Source: Candidatus Omnitrophota bacterium
Lineage (GTDB): Bacteria; Omnitrophota; Gorgyraeia; Zapsychrales; Fredricksoniimonadaceae
Direction: 5' to 3'
NCBI GenBank assembly: GCA_015233145.1
Contig: JADFYI010000003.1
Coordinates: 39,421-103,420 of the forward strand
DNA length: 64,000 nucleotides
Shown here: piece by piece, positions 9,001 through 17,865 of the stretch
Position numbering within the stretch: the first letter of the stretch is position 1
How the letters are laid out: every line of letters starts with the position of its first letter
The notes under the pieces: model-generated
The model's database searches: none
What the model saw: only the letters and a program-made list of their open reading frames with translations
Told to the model about the DNA's origin: nothing
Position numbers and translations under genes: made by a program

Positions 9001-11728
9001 AAATAATGCCACGTTTAAGGGCAATGTGACAGCAGAGAATATTGTTGTCAATGCCGGTAATTCGATTCTCCAAACAACCGGAGCTTTGGTGGCAAACACT
9101 TTAACAGCCACGGCTCGGGGAATTATTGATCTTTTCTCATCATCCAATGATGTTAATAGTTTTTCAGCCCATTCCACATTGCTGGGAAGTATCCGCTATC
9201 AGGATCTTAATGATGTGACTTTGCAGGATGTCACAACCAATTTTGGTTCTATAACAGTCAAGGCCGGCGGATCGCTGTTGGCCAACGAAGTCACTGCAGG
9301 CGGATTATTCAGCAATGTTTATCTTACGGCCAACGACGATGTGTCCCTGGGCAGTGTTACCGCCAGTGGCGATGATGTGTTTGTGACATCAAAGTATGGC
9401 TCAATCATCGGCCTTTTTTCAGACGATGTGAATGTTCGCGCGAGAAACCTTTATCTGAGCGCTGAAGAGGGGTCTATTTATGGGTACAATTCTCCTGAAT
9501 GGCTTTATTACAGCAACAATGGAGAGAGGGATTTTCTTAAGACAGATGTTGATAACGTGACAGCCAAGGCGGATGATCGTATCAACCTTTATAACATTGA
9601 CAGCGTGACACTTAAAGATGTTGAAACATCAGCAGGCTCAGAAGAGTCAATCATGGTTGTTGCTGATGGCAATATCAATGTTGATTACGTTTATGATCCG
9701 TATGATGTGACGCTTGAGGCTCATGATGGCTCCATCATAGGAAACTACAGGCATCACAATGCCAATATTGAGACAGAAGATCTGTATCTTTATGCGACGG
9801 ACTCCATTTATGGCAAGACAAAGGAAGATTCCTATTATGGGAATAATACTAATGGATTCCTTGTTACGAATGTCAACTATTTGGAAGCCGTAACAGATGT
9901 GCCAACGCCCTCTCCGAGTCCGACACCAGAGGTACTGGAGAGTTTCCACAAGTCAGAAACCAAGGGTGTGATCGACATCTATAACAAAAAGACTATTGAG
10001 CTTGGGTTTGTGACCGCAGGCTCTGAGGCGACAATTGTTGCCAATGGCGATGTGAATGTGGATTATGTGACAGCGCCGAGTGTGACACTGGAAGCTCAGG
10101 ATGGCTCTATTATCGGCAGTGGCTGGAATTACGCGGATATTGACGCTGGTTCAGCTTATCTTTATGCTTCAGACTCGATCTACGGCAACTCAGGGTATGG
10201 TTTTTATTTTGAAGGCAACAAAGATAATGAGTATGGTTTCTTGAATACATACGTGGATTATCTTGAAGCTGTGACTGGCGAAGTTGCTACTCCCAGCCCG
10301 GAAGCTTTTTCAACGGAGTCTTCAAGCACTGGCGTAATCAATATTTACAATGACAAGAGCGTTGAACTCGGAAATGTCAGCGCAGGCTCTGAAGCCACGA
10401 TTTTGGCCGATGGCAATATTAATGTGGATTATGTTTCAGCTCCGACAGTAACACTTGAAGCCTGGGATGGCTCCATCATTGGTTCTGGAACAGGTTGGGT
10501 TGATGTTGATGCCATTAATACTTACCTTTATGCCACAGATTCAATCTACGGTAACACGTTAGTTGATACTTACTATGGCCACAAAATTCATGATTTCCTG
10601 AGCACAGACACTCATTATCTTGAGGCTGTTGTGGGGAATTCCATGGATATCTTTGCCAATGACAATGGCGGTGTTGAAGTTAACGCCCAGGCTTTTGGCA
10701 CCACATCCATTAATTTGGTGAGTGTGGGGGATATGTTTGTTGATTATGTGAGCGATCCTTTGGACGTGACGCTCGAATCACAGAACGGTTCCATTATCGG
10801 CAGCGGGATCAAGCCTGTGGATGTTGATACTGTGAATCTTTCTTTGCATGCGGCCAAGGATATTATGGGCAACACCCTGCTTGATCGTTATTTCTCCGGA
10901 GATACTGTCAAGGCCTTGTTTACCAATGCAGACCATCTCGAAGTGAACGCCGGCGGGAATTCTCTTGTCCTGGACAATGGGGCAACAACGCTCGGCAACA
11001 GTTTTGTTGGCGGAGACTTTGTTTTTGAAAATACGACAGGAGACATTAACTTTGCCGGAACCACACACGCCGAAGGCGTTGTGCAGATTGTGGCTGAGCA
11101 TGGGGATATGAATGGCATTAGCGCAGGCCCCAGCGGTTATCATGTGGAAGCGAATTCTTCTGAGTTTGCTTCTTTCCTGGGAACACCGGATGGCGTTATG
11201 GGGCTTTTCCCCTATAACCCGATCAATGTGAATATTCCCAATGCGCCATTGTTTATTGATATTGGCAAGGCGCATGGATTCGATGCCGGCCTTTTGACAG
11301 GGTTTGTCAATAATCCGAACCCGCTCAATGGCAATCCAACAGTTCCTAACACGGCCAGCTTGCTTAAAATGGTTTATCCGTCGCCGCTTTATCCGCCGGG
11401 TAATATTTTCTTTAACACAACCAAGATTTGGCCTCCGGTTTCGTCAAACTTCTTGTCGCTCATGAGCGCTGGGTTGACGTCCAAGTTCCTGTTCCCGCAC
11501 GCGGAAAGGCTTGCAGGAACTCAAATTAACGTTATGGACTTGCCTTCTTCAGCCGCATTTAAGCTGAGCAGCCCGGTTTATTTTTATCATCCGTTGTCAC
11601 TCGTGGATAACGGGTCTTATGACGGCATGAATCTTGAGGAAGGTGCCTACGATTATATCGATGGCCAGATTAATGCCTGTCAGCCTGATGCCAAGGGAGC
11701 TAATCCTTGCAAGAAGGGCAATTCTTAA
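6056..11728 (+). CDS. TpsA large exoprotein (filamentous haemagglutinin / ShlA-like) with an N-terminal TPS secretion domain, beta-helical repeats and four internal ~125 aa tandem repeats
   Basis: Signal peptide, then TPS (haemagg_act) domain: ...IIQYYGFDVGADKTLNIMHDTAGAASLHRVVGPDASSIYGRLNSNGKVFLINPNGVLFAPGSHVDAAGLVAST.... The rest is long Gly/Asn/Thr/Val-rich beta-helix sequence. A rho-independent terminator follows. Confidence 0.85.
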   Translation: MRRIVKSKLSILLIAAVFFNYTGFSYAADFPTGAQAVSGTLSTSVDGNTMTENVSDNAIIQYYGFDVGADKTLNIMHDTAGAASLHRVVGPDASSIYGRLNSNGKVFLINPNGVLFAPGSHVDAAGLVASTMGMSNEDFLAGRYVFNRNGATGSVVNEGDIKISNGGYIALLAPEVRNTGAIEAKLGTVVLASGNKATLSLDDNGDISVVVDEALSESLTGQTTGVKNTGTINADGGKVILTAKALNGVLDRAINNEGVVQANNLVEKDGSIELVADGGAIQNSGTIQATGSVRVSNPNGDVNNSGTISANGANGGIVDVVAKNITNFGKITANAFEGGAAGLVNLVAASFTVLKAGSSVEAKATGLNGKGGSVTVKSNDTTIVEEGAVIDVSGGLASGDAGSVEVSANNELGFYGDIYGSAADGYKKGSVLFDPNNIIINDSFDATIFGTQFIKASSIQFMSNFGITLTFTATNDIDMLVNLLGLNSAIAFFAGHNISLGTLLGGGVVVSSNGHLVAFVADSDNNGNGRFSMAAGSQILSNGGDIDIISAQSVQVREINAGSGNVSITAKNSNANIIADSDSSTRVRGKTATLIAGNNIGASGAGIATSVDILKALANNGSVNARNNKSFFTDTIANNDVNLTAETGSILVDFIKAGDSVTLQADDSIIGLYNHSLDVDTKNLYAYTNNGAINGNYYFPAPDNSGVGFLTTNAGYVDAEAANGVAIADIGSFELYATSSNYGVLAVAGGDMTVDYISAPLVGLAAGGSIGSASNAANLSTDDAYLFASDIYAKNDKSMFLTADATNTLDVKTTAGDLKLKTVAANTATLTAANAITDANGSANNITATNLTMNAAAGIGSGDALETKVSNLKVTNTDSGDIQVSNDGGLVLTNFGTGNAVTNNGGSVDISAHSPLTVNSAVVASGNITLTAANEAHSADNLTVNADITSTGNGLIDLNAGDNFVQNSGTISTGADVDVSAGNNATFKGNVTAENIVVNAGNSILQTTGALVANTLTATARGIIDLFSSSNDVNSFSAHSTLLGSIRYQDLNDVTLQDVTTNFGSITVKAGGSLLANEVTAGGLFSNVYLTANDDVSLGSVTASGDDVFVTSKYGSIIGLFSDDVNVRARNLYLSAEEGSIYGYNSPEWLYYSNNGERDFLKTDVDNVTAKADDRINLYNIDSVTLKDVETSAGSEESIMVVADGNINVDYVYDPYDVTLEAHDGSIIGNYRHHNANIETEDLYLYATDSIYGKTKEDSYYGNNTNGFLVTNVNYLEAVTDVPTPSPSPTPEVLESFHKSETKGVIDIYNKKTIELGFVTAGSEATIVANGDVNVDYVTAPSVTLEAQDGSIIGSGWNYADIDAGSAYLYASDSIYGNSGYGFYFEGNKDNEYGFLNTYVDYLEAVTGEVATPSPEAFSTESSSTGVINIYNDKSVELGNVSAGSEATILADGNINVDYVSAPTVTLEAWDGSIIGSGTGWVDVDAINTYLYATDSIYGNTLVDTYYGHKIHDFLSTDTHYLEAVVGNSMDIFANDNGGVEVNAQAFGTTSINLVSVGDMFVDYVSDPLDVTLESQNGSIIGSGIKPVDVDTVNLSLHAAKDIMGNTLLDRYFSGDTVKALFTNADHLEVNAGGNSLVLDNGATTLGNSFVGGDFVFENTTGDINFAGTTHAEGVVQIVAEHGDMNGISAGPSGYHVEANSSEFASFLGTPDGVMGLFPYNPINVNIPNAPLFIDIGKAHGFDAGLLTGFVNNPNPLNGNPTVPNTASLLKMVYPSPLYPPGNIFFNTTKIWPPVSSNFLSLMSAGLTSKFLFPHAERLAGTQINVMDLPSSAAFKLSSPVYFYHPLSLVDNGSYDGMNLEEGAYDYIDGQINACQPDAKGANPCKKGNS
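9600..10980 (+). repeat. four tandem ~375 bp (~125 aa) repeat units inside the TpsA gene
   Basis: The unit ...NVDYV(Y/T/S)(D/A)P.(D/S/T)VTLEA.DGSIIG......(L/A)YLYA(T/S)DSIYG.......G(F/...)L.T...YLEAV... recurs four times. The units are separated by Pro/Ser/Thr-rich linkers (VPTPSPSPTPE, ATPSPEAF). The repetition is visible at DNA level, e.g. gatggctccatcatagg / gatggctctattatcgg / gatggctccatcattgg. Confidence 0.6.
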
Positions 11729-11755
11729 GGAACGTAGTTTTTAAAGTGAGTTATC

Positions 11756-11793
11756 AACCCCGCGTGTCAAAAGCACGCGGGGTTTTTATTTTT
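11756..11793 (+). terminator. rho-independent terminator downstream of tpsA
   Basis: aaccccgcgtg-tcaaaagc-acgcggggtt followed by tttttattttt. Confidence 0.7.
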
Positions 11794-11860
11794 CATCCCC
11801 CAAGTTTTTGCATTCTAAGGATTCTTCCCATTCTTGAAAATTTTCATTTATAATTAGGCC

Positions 11861-12271
11861 ATGAATCAAAAGCTTTCTTCCCGTAAAGGTTTTTCTATGG
11901 TTGAAATCCTGGTCGCAACCGGGGTGCTGGGCTTTGCGCTTGCTGCGAGCGTAACTTTTTTTATTAATAGCCTTGTTCTCAGTGAAGGCGCGCGCAATCG
12001 GACCATTGCCATCTCCCACGCGCGGTTTGTTTTAGAAGACATTCGAAATTCCGGTTATAACAAAGCGTCTGCCAGGCTGGCAAGCAAGTATTGGGATTGG
12101 GATACAAAGGCTATTGCCACCAAAGGACTTTTTAGCCTTCCCAGTGAAACGATCATCACCACAAAAACCGGCGCTGGTGGAATTTTGACTGTCACGGTCA
12201 CTGTTACCTGGGCGGCCACCGGCGGCAGGATATTAAGCCAAGGGTTGACAACCATTATAGGCGAGTCATGA
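11861..12271 (+). CDS. prepilin-type N-terminal cleavage/methylation domain protein (minor pilin / pseudopilin, PilV/GspH-like)
   Basis: KGFSMVEILVATGVLGFALAASV is the class III signal motif G|F(S/T)xxE followed by a hydrophobic helix. 136 aa. Confidence 0.65.
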   Translation: MNQKLSSRKGFSMVEILVATGVLGFALAASVTFFINSLVLSEGARNRTIAISHARFVLEDIRNSGYNKASARLASKYWDWDTKAIATKGLFSLPSETIITTKTGAGGILTVTVTVTWAATGGRILSQGLTTIIGES

Positions 12272-12732
12272 AGCACAAAGGCTATACTCTGGTAGAAGCG
12301 CTGGTAAGCGTTGCCATTTTCTCAGTTCTTGTGATGGGGCTTTTTGATATTTTAGGCGTGGGGACATCGGTTTATATGAAGAGCGTTCCTATGATTGACC
12401 TTCAACAAGAGGCGCGCAATGCCATGGACAGGATGGTGCGGGACCTTAGAAGCGCCAGGATTCCGATTGTTACACCCATTGACCAGAACAGCGACAGGAT
12501 TTCCTTTAATGCCCCTCAAAACATGAATGTTGAGTATTACAAAGATGGAACATTTTTGGTACGCTTGCAGAATCCTGATGTCTTAACGACCCTTGTGGCG
12601 CAAGATGTCACGTATTTGAAGTTTACCCTTACAGGAGCCTTGGTTACGATTAGTTTGCGGGTGGAGAGGGTTTTTAATAATCAGAAAGTCACATTCCCTT
12701 TGGTCGAACAGGTGAGGTTGCGCAATGAATAG
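12268..12732 (+). CDS. prepilin-type minor pilin (PilW/GspJ-like)
   Basis: KGYTLVEALVSVAIFSVLVMGLF prepilin motif; ATGA overlap with the upstream pilin gene. Confidence 0.6.
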   Translation: MKHKGYTLVEALVSVAIFSVLVMGLFDILGVGTSVYMKSVPMIDLQQEARNAMDRMVRDLRSARIPIVTPIDQNSDRISFNAPQNMNVEYYKDGTFLVRLQNPDVLTTLVAQDVTYLKFTLTGALVTISLRVERVFNNQKVTFPLVEQVRLRNE

Positions 12733-13309
12733 CCGAAATGAACAGGCGTCTGCCTTGCTTCTGACGCTTTTGGTTCTCGTTGTCATTGGGATTCTGGGCA
12801 TGACAATTTCTTTACGCAGTGTGCAGGAAGGGCTTTTAGCCCAACGTTATGCCTATTCTGAAAAGGCATTTTGGCTGGCAGAGGCTGGGGTGCAAAAGGT
12901 TTATTGGGAACTGGTTCAGAATAACTGTTTGGGCCTGAAAGACCAGAAGACACGTGTTTTGTGTCATGGTTGTGACCGCTGCGGCCAGGGGGATAAAATA
13001 CTCACAGGAACTTTGGATGGCGGTACGTACCAGGTGATTTTAAACAATGACAATACGAAGTTAAATTCAATAGGAACCTATACCCCCAATAGGGAGAGTG
13101 CGCCTTTTGTGCGTACTATTCAGGTTAAATTAGCCGTACCCGTTCTTTTTGGCTATGCGAACTTTTCGCGCGGCAGGATGTCATTTTCTAATAATGCCAA
13201 TGGAAATGCCGTAAATAATGGCCAGGCTCAGCCTAACAATTTATTAAATTCTTCTGGAATTTCACCTCACCCCACTCCTGTTATTATTGACTGGCAGGAA
13301 AACAATTAA
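12725..13309 (+). CDS. PilX_N-like pilus assembly / minor pilin protein
   Basis: The N-terminus RNEQASALLLTLLVLVVIGILGMT matches the PilX N-terminal pattern (NEQG.AL...L..L..LT.LG). The gene overlaps the previous one. Confidence 0.5.
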   Translation: MNSRNEQASALLLTLLVLVVIGILGMTISLRSVQEGLLAQRYAYSEKAFWLAEAGVQKVYWELVQNNCLGLKDQKTRVLCHGCDRCGQGDKILTGTLDGGTYQVILNNDNTKLNSIGTYTPNRESAPFVRTIQVKLAVPVLFGYANFSRGRMSFSNNANGNAVNNGQAQPNNLLNSSGISPHPTPVIIDWQENN

Positions 13310-13468
13310 TCCATCAGACATCTTAAATTATTGAAAATAATAATCTTATGAAATTCTTTTTAGAATCAGAGATTTATATTTGCAAAACATTAATTTATAG
13401 TGCATACTTATATCCGTTTTCTCTGATTTTATAGGATTTTTAGTGATTTATATCAATAAAAGAAGATT

Positions 13469-13654
13469 ATGTCAGTTTCCGCAATAAATACCGAAGATTC
13501 CTTTTTAACAACAGCACAAGCTGCCAAAGCGCTTAATGTGAGTGTGGCTACGCTTAAGAAATTTGTGCTTTATGGGAGAATAAAAGCCATAAAGACACCT
13601 GGCGGGCACTATCGTATTCGTAAAAAAGATTTATTTGAGAATATATATAAATAA
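13469..13654 (+). CDS. small helix-turn-helix DNA-binding protein (MerR/excisionase-family HTH_17-like)
   Basis: 61 aa; FLTTAQAAKALNVSVATLKKFVLYGRIKAIKTPGGHYRI is a classic excisionase/MerR-type HTH. It is the first gene of the polysaccharide locus and follows an AT-rich leader. Confidence 0.55.
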   Translation: MSVSAINTEDSFLTTAQAAKALNVSVATLKKFVLYGRIKAIKTPGGHYRIRKKDLFENIYK

Positions 13655-13679
13655 ACCATACCAGTGGGGGGACAACATC

Positions 13680-14819
13680 ATGAATCAGAAGATCAAATAT
13701 CCAGGGATTGTGTGCGGTGTTTCTTTGGTAATGATGGTCGTGGCTTCCAGGGCTTTTGCCTATACCTGGCAAGGCATGGAGTTAACGCCGCGGGTCTCTG
13801 TGGAGCAATCTTACGATGACAACATTACTTTTGTGAAAGACAGCCCCTTGAAAGATTATTTGACAAATTTATCCCTGGGTTTTGATCTAAAAGGGGAGAC
13901 AAAGATGCAGAAATTTTCTCTTGGCGCAGATGTGACGAGGGAGATGTTTACCAGGCACTCTTCTTTTGATAATACTGCTGAAGCCATTAAAGCCAGTTAT
14001 TGGCAGGAATTGTCTAAATTTGACCAGATTACCCTTAAGGAGAGCTTTTCTCATGCGGTTGAGCCTCGTAGCTTTGCAGAGGAGTTTGTCAGGACTAGCG
14101 GCTTGTACAGCACGTATAACAATGCCTTTAATACAGATTACCGCCATGAAATAGACCCCAAATTAGCCTGGACAGTTCGTTATGGCAATGAGTTTACTGA
14201 TTTCTCAAACAAGGATATTAGCCGTTCAATGCTCAATACGATCGGCACAGGAGCGGACGTTTCGCTGGATGCTGTGACACTCTTAAAGTTTAATTATGAT
14301 TATTCGTACAGAAATTTTACTCCAGGAAGTTCTGCCCAAACCCATGAAATTTCGAGTACGGTAAGAAGGTTTTTAAATAAACGACTTTATTTGGATTTGC
14401 AGGCTGGAGGGGATTTTATTTCTGCTTATGATAATGGAAATTATGCAGAGCCCATGTATCGTGTCGCCCTTACTCAGGATATTGATGAAACCACGCAGAC
14501 AGGAATATCTTTTGAAAAACGCTACGCAACCGATGCGTATACTCAGGATCTTTTTAACCGTTCAGTCGTTGCTGTGAATCTTGTCAAAGACTTAACGAGC
14601 CGGATTACAGGCCTTTTGACAGCCTTTTATGGTAATGGAAAGTATGTTATTGCCCATATTAACGAAGAATTTACAGGCGCGGATGCGGGGTTAAATATTG
14701 ATTTAACCAAGAAAGTCCGACTCAAGCTTCATTACACGTACTCGAGGGAGAATTCATCAGAGTCCACGAGAGATTATGACAAAAACCTTTATTCTTTAGC
14801 TATTGTCATTAAGTTCTAG
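13680..14819 (+). CDS. outer-membrane beta-barrel protein associated with the polysaccharide locus (EpsL-like)
   Basis: Signal peptide (MNQKIKYPGIVCGVSLVMMVVASRAFA), then alternating amphipathic strands rich in Y/T/N/D and a C-terminal ...SLAIVIKF with terminal Phe. The start was moved to the ATG at 13680, which has a GGGGG RBS; the six-frame start at 13635 overlaps the HTH gene. Confidence 0.55.
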   Translation: MNQKIKYPGIVCGVSLVMMVVASRAFAYTWQGMELTPRVSVEQSYDDNITFVKDSPLKDYLTNLSLGFDLKGETKMQKFSLGADVTREMFTRHSSFDNTAEAIKASYWQELSKFDQITLKESFSHAVEPRSFAEEFVRTSGLYSTYNNAFNTDYRHEIDPKLAWTVRYGNEFTDFSNKDISRSMLNTIGTGADVSLDAVTLLKFNYDYSYRNFTPGSSAQTHEISSTVRRFLNKRLYLDLQAGGDFISAYDNGNYAEPMYRVALTQDIDETTQTGISFEKRYATDAYTQDLFNRSVVAVNLVKDLTSRITGLLTAFYGNGKYVIAHINEEFTGADAGLNIDLTKKVRLKLHYTYSRENSSESTRDYDKNLYSLAIVIKF

Positions 14820-14850
14820 GAGAAAAAGGTTACAAGGGTCAATTATTTTT

Positions 14851-16257
14851 ATGCTTAAACAGCACGCAACATTATACCAGCGTTTATTAATTGCCATGGA
14901 TGGCCTGATTGTTTCAGGCTGTTTTTTCGCGGCATATCATTTACGCCTTAAGGTGGAGGGGTATTACCCTTTGGAGGGGTGTTTGTGGATGCTGCCCACA
15001 CTGGTCGTGCTTTGGACAGTTCTTATGTATTTCTCGGAAATGTATACTTCTTTCCGCCTCAAGCAGGCTCTTCAGATTGTCTGGACAATTTTAAAGGTCG
15101 GATTTTCTTCATTTCTGATTTTTGGCAGCATCACGTTTTTGTTTAATATGCCGGATGTCAGCAGGGCGTTTGTCCTTCTTGTTTTTGTCTTGATCATGAC
15201 CGCGCTCATGTTCCAGCGGGTGGCGCTCGTAATCGTTTTTCGCTACTTTCGAAAAAAAGGTTTTAATTTCAGGAATGTTCTTATTGTGGGAACCGGCCCG
15301 CGGGCACAAAAGTTTATTTCTGAAGTGGACCATCACCGGGAATTGGGCTTAAAGATCGTAGGGCTCGTGGATGATGAGCATGTTAACGCGCCGGCAGAGC
15401 TGATGGGACATAAAGTCATAGGAAACCTTAAAGATATTCCTGAAATTATTCGTAACAATGCGCTGGATTACGTTGTTTTTATTGTTCCCCGTACATGGCT
15501 TGGAAAAATTGAAGAAGCTATTTTGTATTGCGAGACCGTAGGAGTTACGGCAAGCATTGCGGTGGACTTGTTTGAGCTTGAATTTACAACCGGCAAAGAA
15601 AGCCGTTTATTTAATTTTCCTTTACTGACCTTTGAACGCACCACGGAAAAAATAGGCCAATTATTTTTTAAACGCGTGATAGATATTTTTTTCTCCGGTG
15701 TGGCCCTTGTTTTACTTTCTCCTTTTTTTATCGTGATTGCGTGCCTTATTTCAATGACGTCGCGCGGCCCTGTTTTTTTCAGGCAGAAACGCTGCGGCCT
15801 TAATGGCCGTGAGTTTGTGCTTTATAAGTTCCGGACAATGGTCGTGGATGCTGAAGAAAAACTGGAAGCGCTCCGGCACCTAAACGAAATGGAAGGCCCG
15901 GTTTTTAAGATTGAAAAAGATCCGCGGATCACGCCATTGGGCAGGATTTTAAGGAAGTTGAGTTTGGATGAACTGCCGCAGTTGTGGAATGTGTTTAGGG
16001 GGGAAATGAGCCTTGTAGGCCCGCGTCCGCCTATCACTCAAGAAGTGCAAAAGTACGACCATTGGCAGCGCCGCAGGCTCAGCATGCGCCCCGGGATTAC
16101 CTGTATCTGGCAGACCAGCGGTCGCAACGGCATTACAGATTTTAATAAATGGATGAAAATGGACCTGGATTATATTGATCATTGGTCATTATGGCTCGAT
16201 TTGATGCTTCTTATGAAGACAATCCCTGTGGTTCTTTTTACCAGAGGGGCCAAGTAA
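14851..16257 (+). CDS. polyprenyl-phosphate hexose-1-phosphate transferase (WbaP/WcaJ 'bacterial sugar transferase' family), the priming glycosyltransferase
   Basis: N-terminal TM helices, then a conserved C-terminal catalytic domain: ...KFRTMVVDAEE...DELPQLWNVFRGEMSLVGPRPP...RPGITCIWQ.... The six-frame start at 14803 is a TTG; ATG 14851 is preferred. Confidence 0.8.
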   Translation: MLKQHATLYQRLLIAMDGLIVSGCFFAAYHLRLKVEGYYPLEGCLWMLPTLVVLWTVLMYFSEMYTSFRLKQALQIVWTILKVGFSSFLIFGSITFLFNMPDVSRAFVLLVFVLIMTALMFQRVALVIVFRYFRKKGFNFRNVLIVGTGPRAQKFISEVDHHRELGLKIVGLVDDEHVNAPAELMGHKVIGNLKDIPEIIRNNALDYVVFIVPRTWLGKIEEAILYCETVGVTASIAVDLFELEFTTGKESRLFNFPLLTFERTTEKIGQLFFKRVIDIFFSGVALVLLSPFFIVIACLISMTSRGPVFFRQKRCGLNGREFVLYKFRTMVVDAEEKLEALRHLNEMEGPVFKIEKDPRITPLGRILRKLSLDELPQLWNVFRGEMSLVGPRPPITQEVQKYDHWQRRRLSMRPGITCIWQTSGRNGITDFNKWMKMDLDYIDHWSLWLDLMLLMKTIPVVLFTRGAK

Positions 16258-16271
16258 GAAAGAGGAGTGAT

Positions 16272-17252
16272 ATGGCAAAAAAAGCATTGATTACCGGAAT
16301 TACAGGACAGGATGGCTCTTATTTATCAGAATTTCTGTTAAAAAAGGGGTATGAAGTCCATGGAATCATAAGGCGTGTTGCCCTGGAAGACCCTGACCAT
16401 CGTCTTTGGAGGGTGCGCCATATTCTGGATAAAATTAATTTACATTTTGCGTCCCTTGAAAGCTATCCCAGTATTTTTAAAGTGGTTGAAAATGTCCAGC
16501 CGGATGAATGTTACCATTTGGCAGGGCAAAGTTTTGTGAGCTATTCTTTTGAAGACGAATTTTCGACCATTAATACCAATATTAACGGCACTCATTTTGT
16601 GTTATCAGCCATAAAAGAAAAGGCGCCGAATTGTAAATTTTATTTTGCCGCGAGCAGTGAAATGTTCGGGAAAGTTCAGGAAGTCCCTCAAACGGAAAAG
16701 ACACCGTTTCACCCCAGGTCTTCTTACGGGATTTCCAAAGTTGCGGGCTTTGATTTTACAAGAAACTATCGCGAGGCGTATGACCTTTTTGGCTGTAACG
16801 GGATTTTGTTTAATCACGAGTCTCCCAGGAGGGGCTTTGAATTTGTAACCCGCAAGATTACAAGTTCTGTGGCCAAGATCAAACTGGGGATGGCTAAAGA
16901 GCTACGCCTGGGGAACCTTGAAGCAAAGCGGGATTGGGGCTTTGCCGGAGATTATGTTGAGGCCATGTGGCTCATGCTGCAACAAAAGAAGGCTGATGAT
17001 TATGTTATTTCCACAGGAGAAACGCATTCTGTCAGGGAATTTGTGGAGTTGGCTTTTTCCCATGTTGGCCTTAACTGGCAGGATTTTGTGAAGGTGGATG
17101 AGCGGTTCTTCAGGCCCAGCGAAGTTCAGCTTCTGATCGGGAATTGTGATAAAGCCAAAAAAGTATTAGGCTGGGCGCCAAAGGTTACTTTTAAGGAGCT
17201 CGTGACCATGATGGTTGAAGCGGATTTGGAAATTAATAAAAAAAGACAATAA
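16272..17252 (+). CDS. gmd: GDP-mannose 4,6-dehydratase
   Basis: MAKKALITGITGQDGSYLSEFLLKKGYEVHGIIRR with the SDR motifs (YxxxK inferred); the N-terminus is near-canonical for Gmd. There is a strong AGAGGAG RBS before ATG 16272. The six-frame start at 16182 is a TTG over-extension. Confidence 0.9.
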   Translation: MAKKALITGITGQDGSYLSEFLLKKGYEVHGIIRRVALEDPDHRLWRVRHILDKINLHFASLESYPSIFKVVENVQPDECYHLAGQSFVSYSFEDEFSTINTNINGTHFVLSAIKEKAPNCKFYFAASSEMFGKVQEVPQTEKTPFHPRSSYGISKVAGFDFTRNYREAYDLFGCNGILFNHESPRRGFEFVTRKITSSVAKIKLGMAKELRLGNLEAKRDWGFAGDYVEAMWLMLQQKKADDYVISTGETHSVREFVELAFSHVGLNWQDFVKVDERFFRPSEVQLLIGNCDKAKKVLGWAPKVTFKELVTMMVEADLEINKKRQ

Positions 17253-17281
17253 GAGTTGGGTACATTCAAAAGGGGTAAGGT

Positions 17282-17857
17282 ATGAAGGAACGATTTTTGT
17301 TAAATGTTTTTTTGTTGTTGGTTTATGTTTTTTCACCTGTGACGCTTCGTGCTGAAGATAACAGCGACTATCAAATCAATCAGGGTGATATTCTTGAGAT
17401 CACGGTGGCTGGCCACGATGATCTGCATCGCGTGGTCACCGTAACACCTGACGGTATGCTTTCTTTTCCTTTTATTGGGAGTATGACAGTGAAGGGCAAA
17501 AAGGTTCAGGAGGTCAGCACAGCCATTGAACAGGGCCTGGGCGATGGGTACATCAAGTATCCGCAGGTTAATATTTCTGTCCAAAAGGTCAAAGGGAAAA
17601 AGGTTTTCGTTTACGGGGAAGTTAATACGCCCGGCGCCTACGAATTTACAGGGGATATGACTGTTTTAAGGGCCATTACATTAGCCGGAGGGCTTTCTAA
17701 GTTTGGTTCTGAAAGCGGCATTAAGATTTTAAGAAGTTCACCTGATAAGAAAGATTATGAAACGATCCGGGTTAATTTAAAAGAGGCGATTAACAGCGGT
17801 AATAAGAATAAAGATATTACAATCCAGGAAGGCGATATTATCGTCGTTTCGGAATAA
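17282..17857 (+). CDS. polysaccharide export protein (Wza/GumB/EpsE-like; Poly_export + SLBB domain)
   Basis: Signal peptide; INQGDILEITVAGHDDL...VTPDGMLSFPFIGSMTVKGKKVQEVSTAIEQGL...YPQVNISVQ matches the periplasmic polysaccharide export domain. Confidence 0.75.
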   Translation: MKERFLLNVFLLLVYVFSPVTLRAEDNSDYQINQGDILEITVAGHDDLHRVVTVTPDGMLSFPFIGSMTVKGKKVQEVSTAIEQGLGDGYIKYPQVNISVQKVKGKKVFVYGEVNTPGAYEFTGDMTVLRAITLAGGLSKFGSESGIKILRSSPDKKDYETIRVNLKEAINSGNKNKDITIQEGDIIVVSE

Positions 17858-17865
17858 AAAGGAGA

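Noticed and set aside
11800-11860. Possible sigma-54 promoter (TTGCA element) upstream of the pilin genes
   Set aside because: No GG dinucleotide sits at the correct -24 spacing, so this is not supported.
16182-16271. Upstream extensions of gmd (and similarly 14803, 22247, 23523, 36448, 49904)
   Set aside because: These six-frame starts are TTG codons that overlap the preceding gene. In each case a downstream ATG with a good Shine-Dalgarno and a canonical N-terminus (e.g. MAKKALITG for Gmd) is the more credible start.
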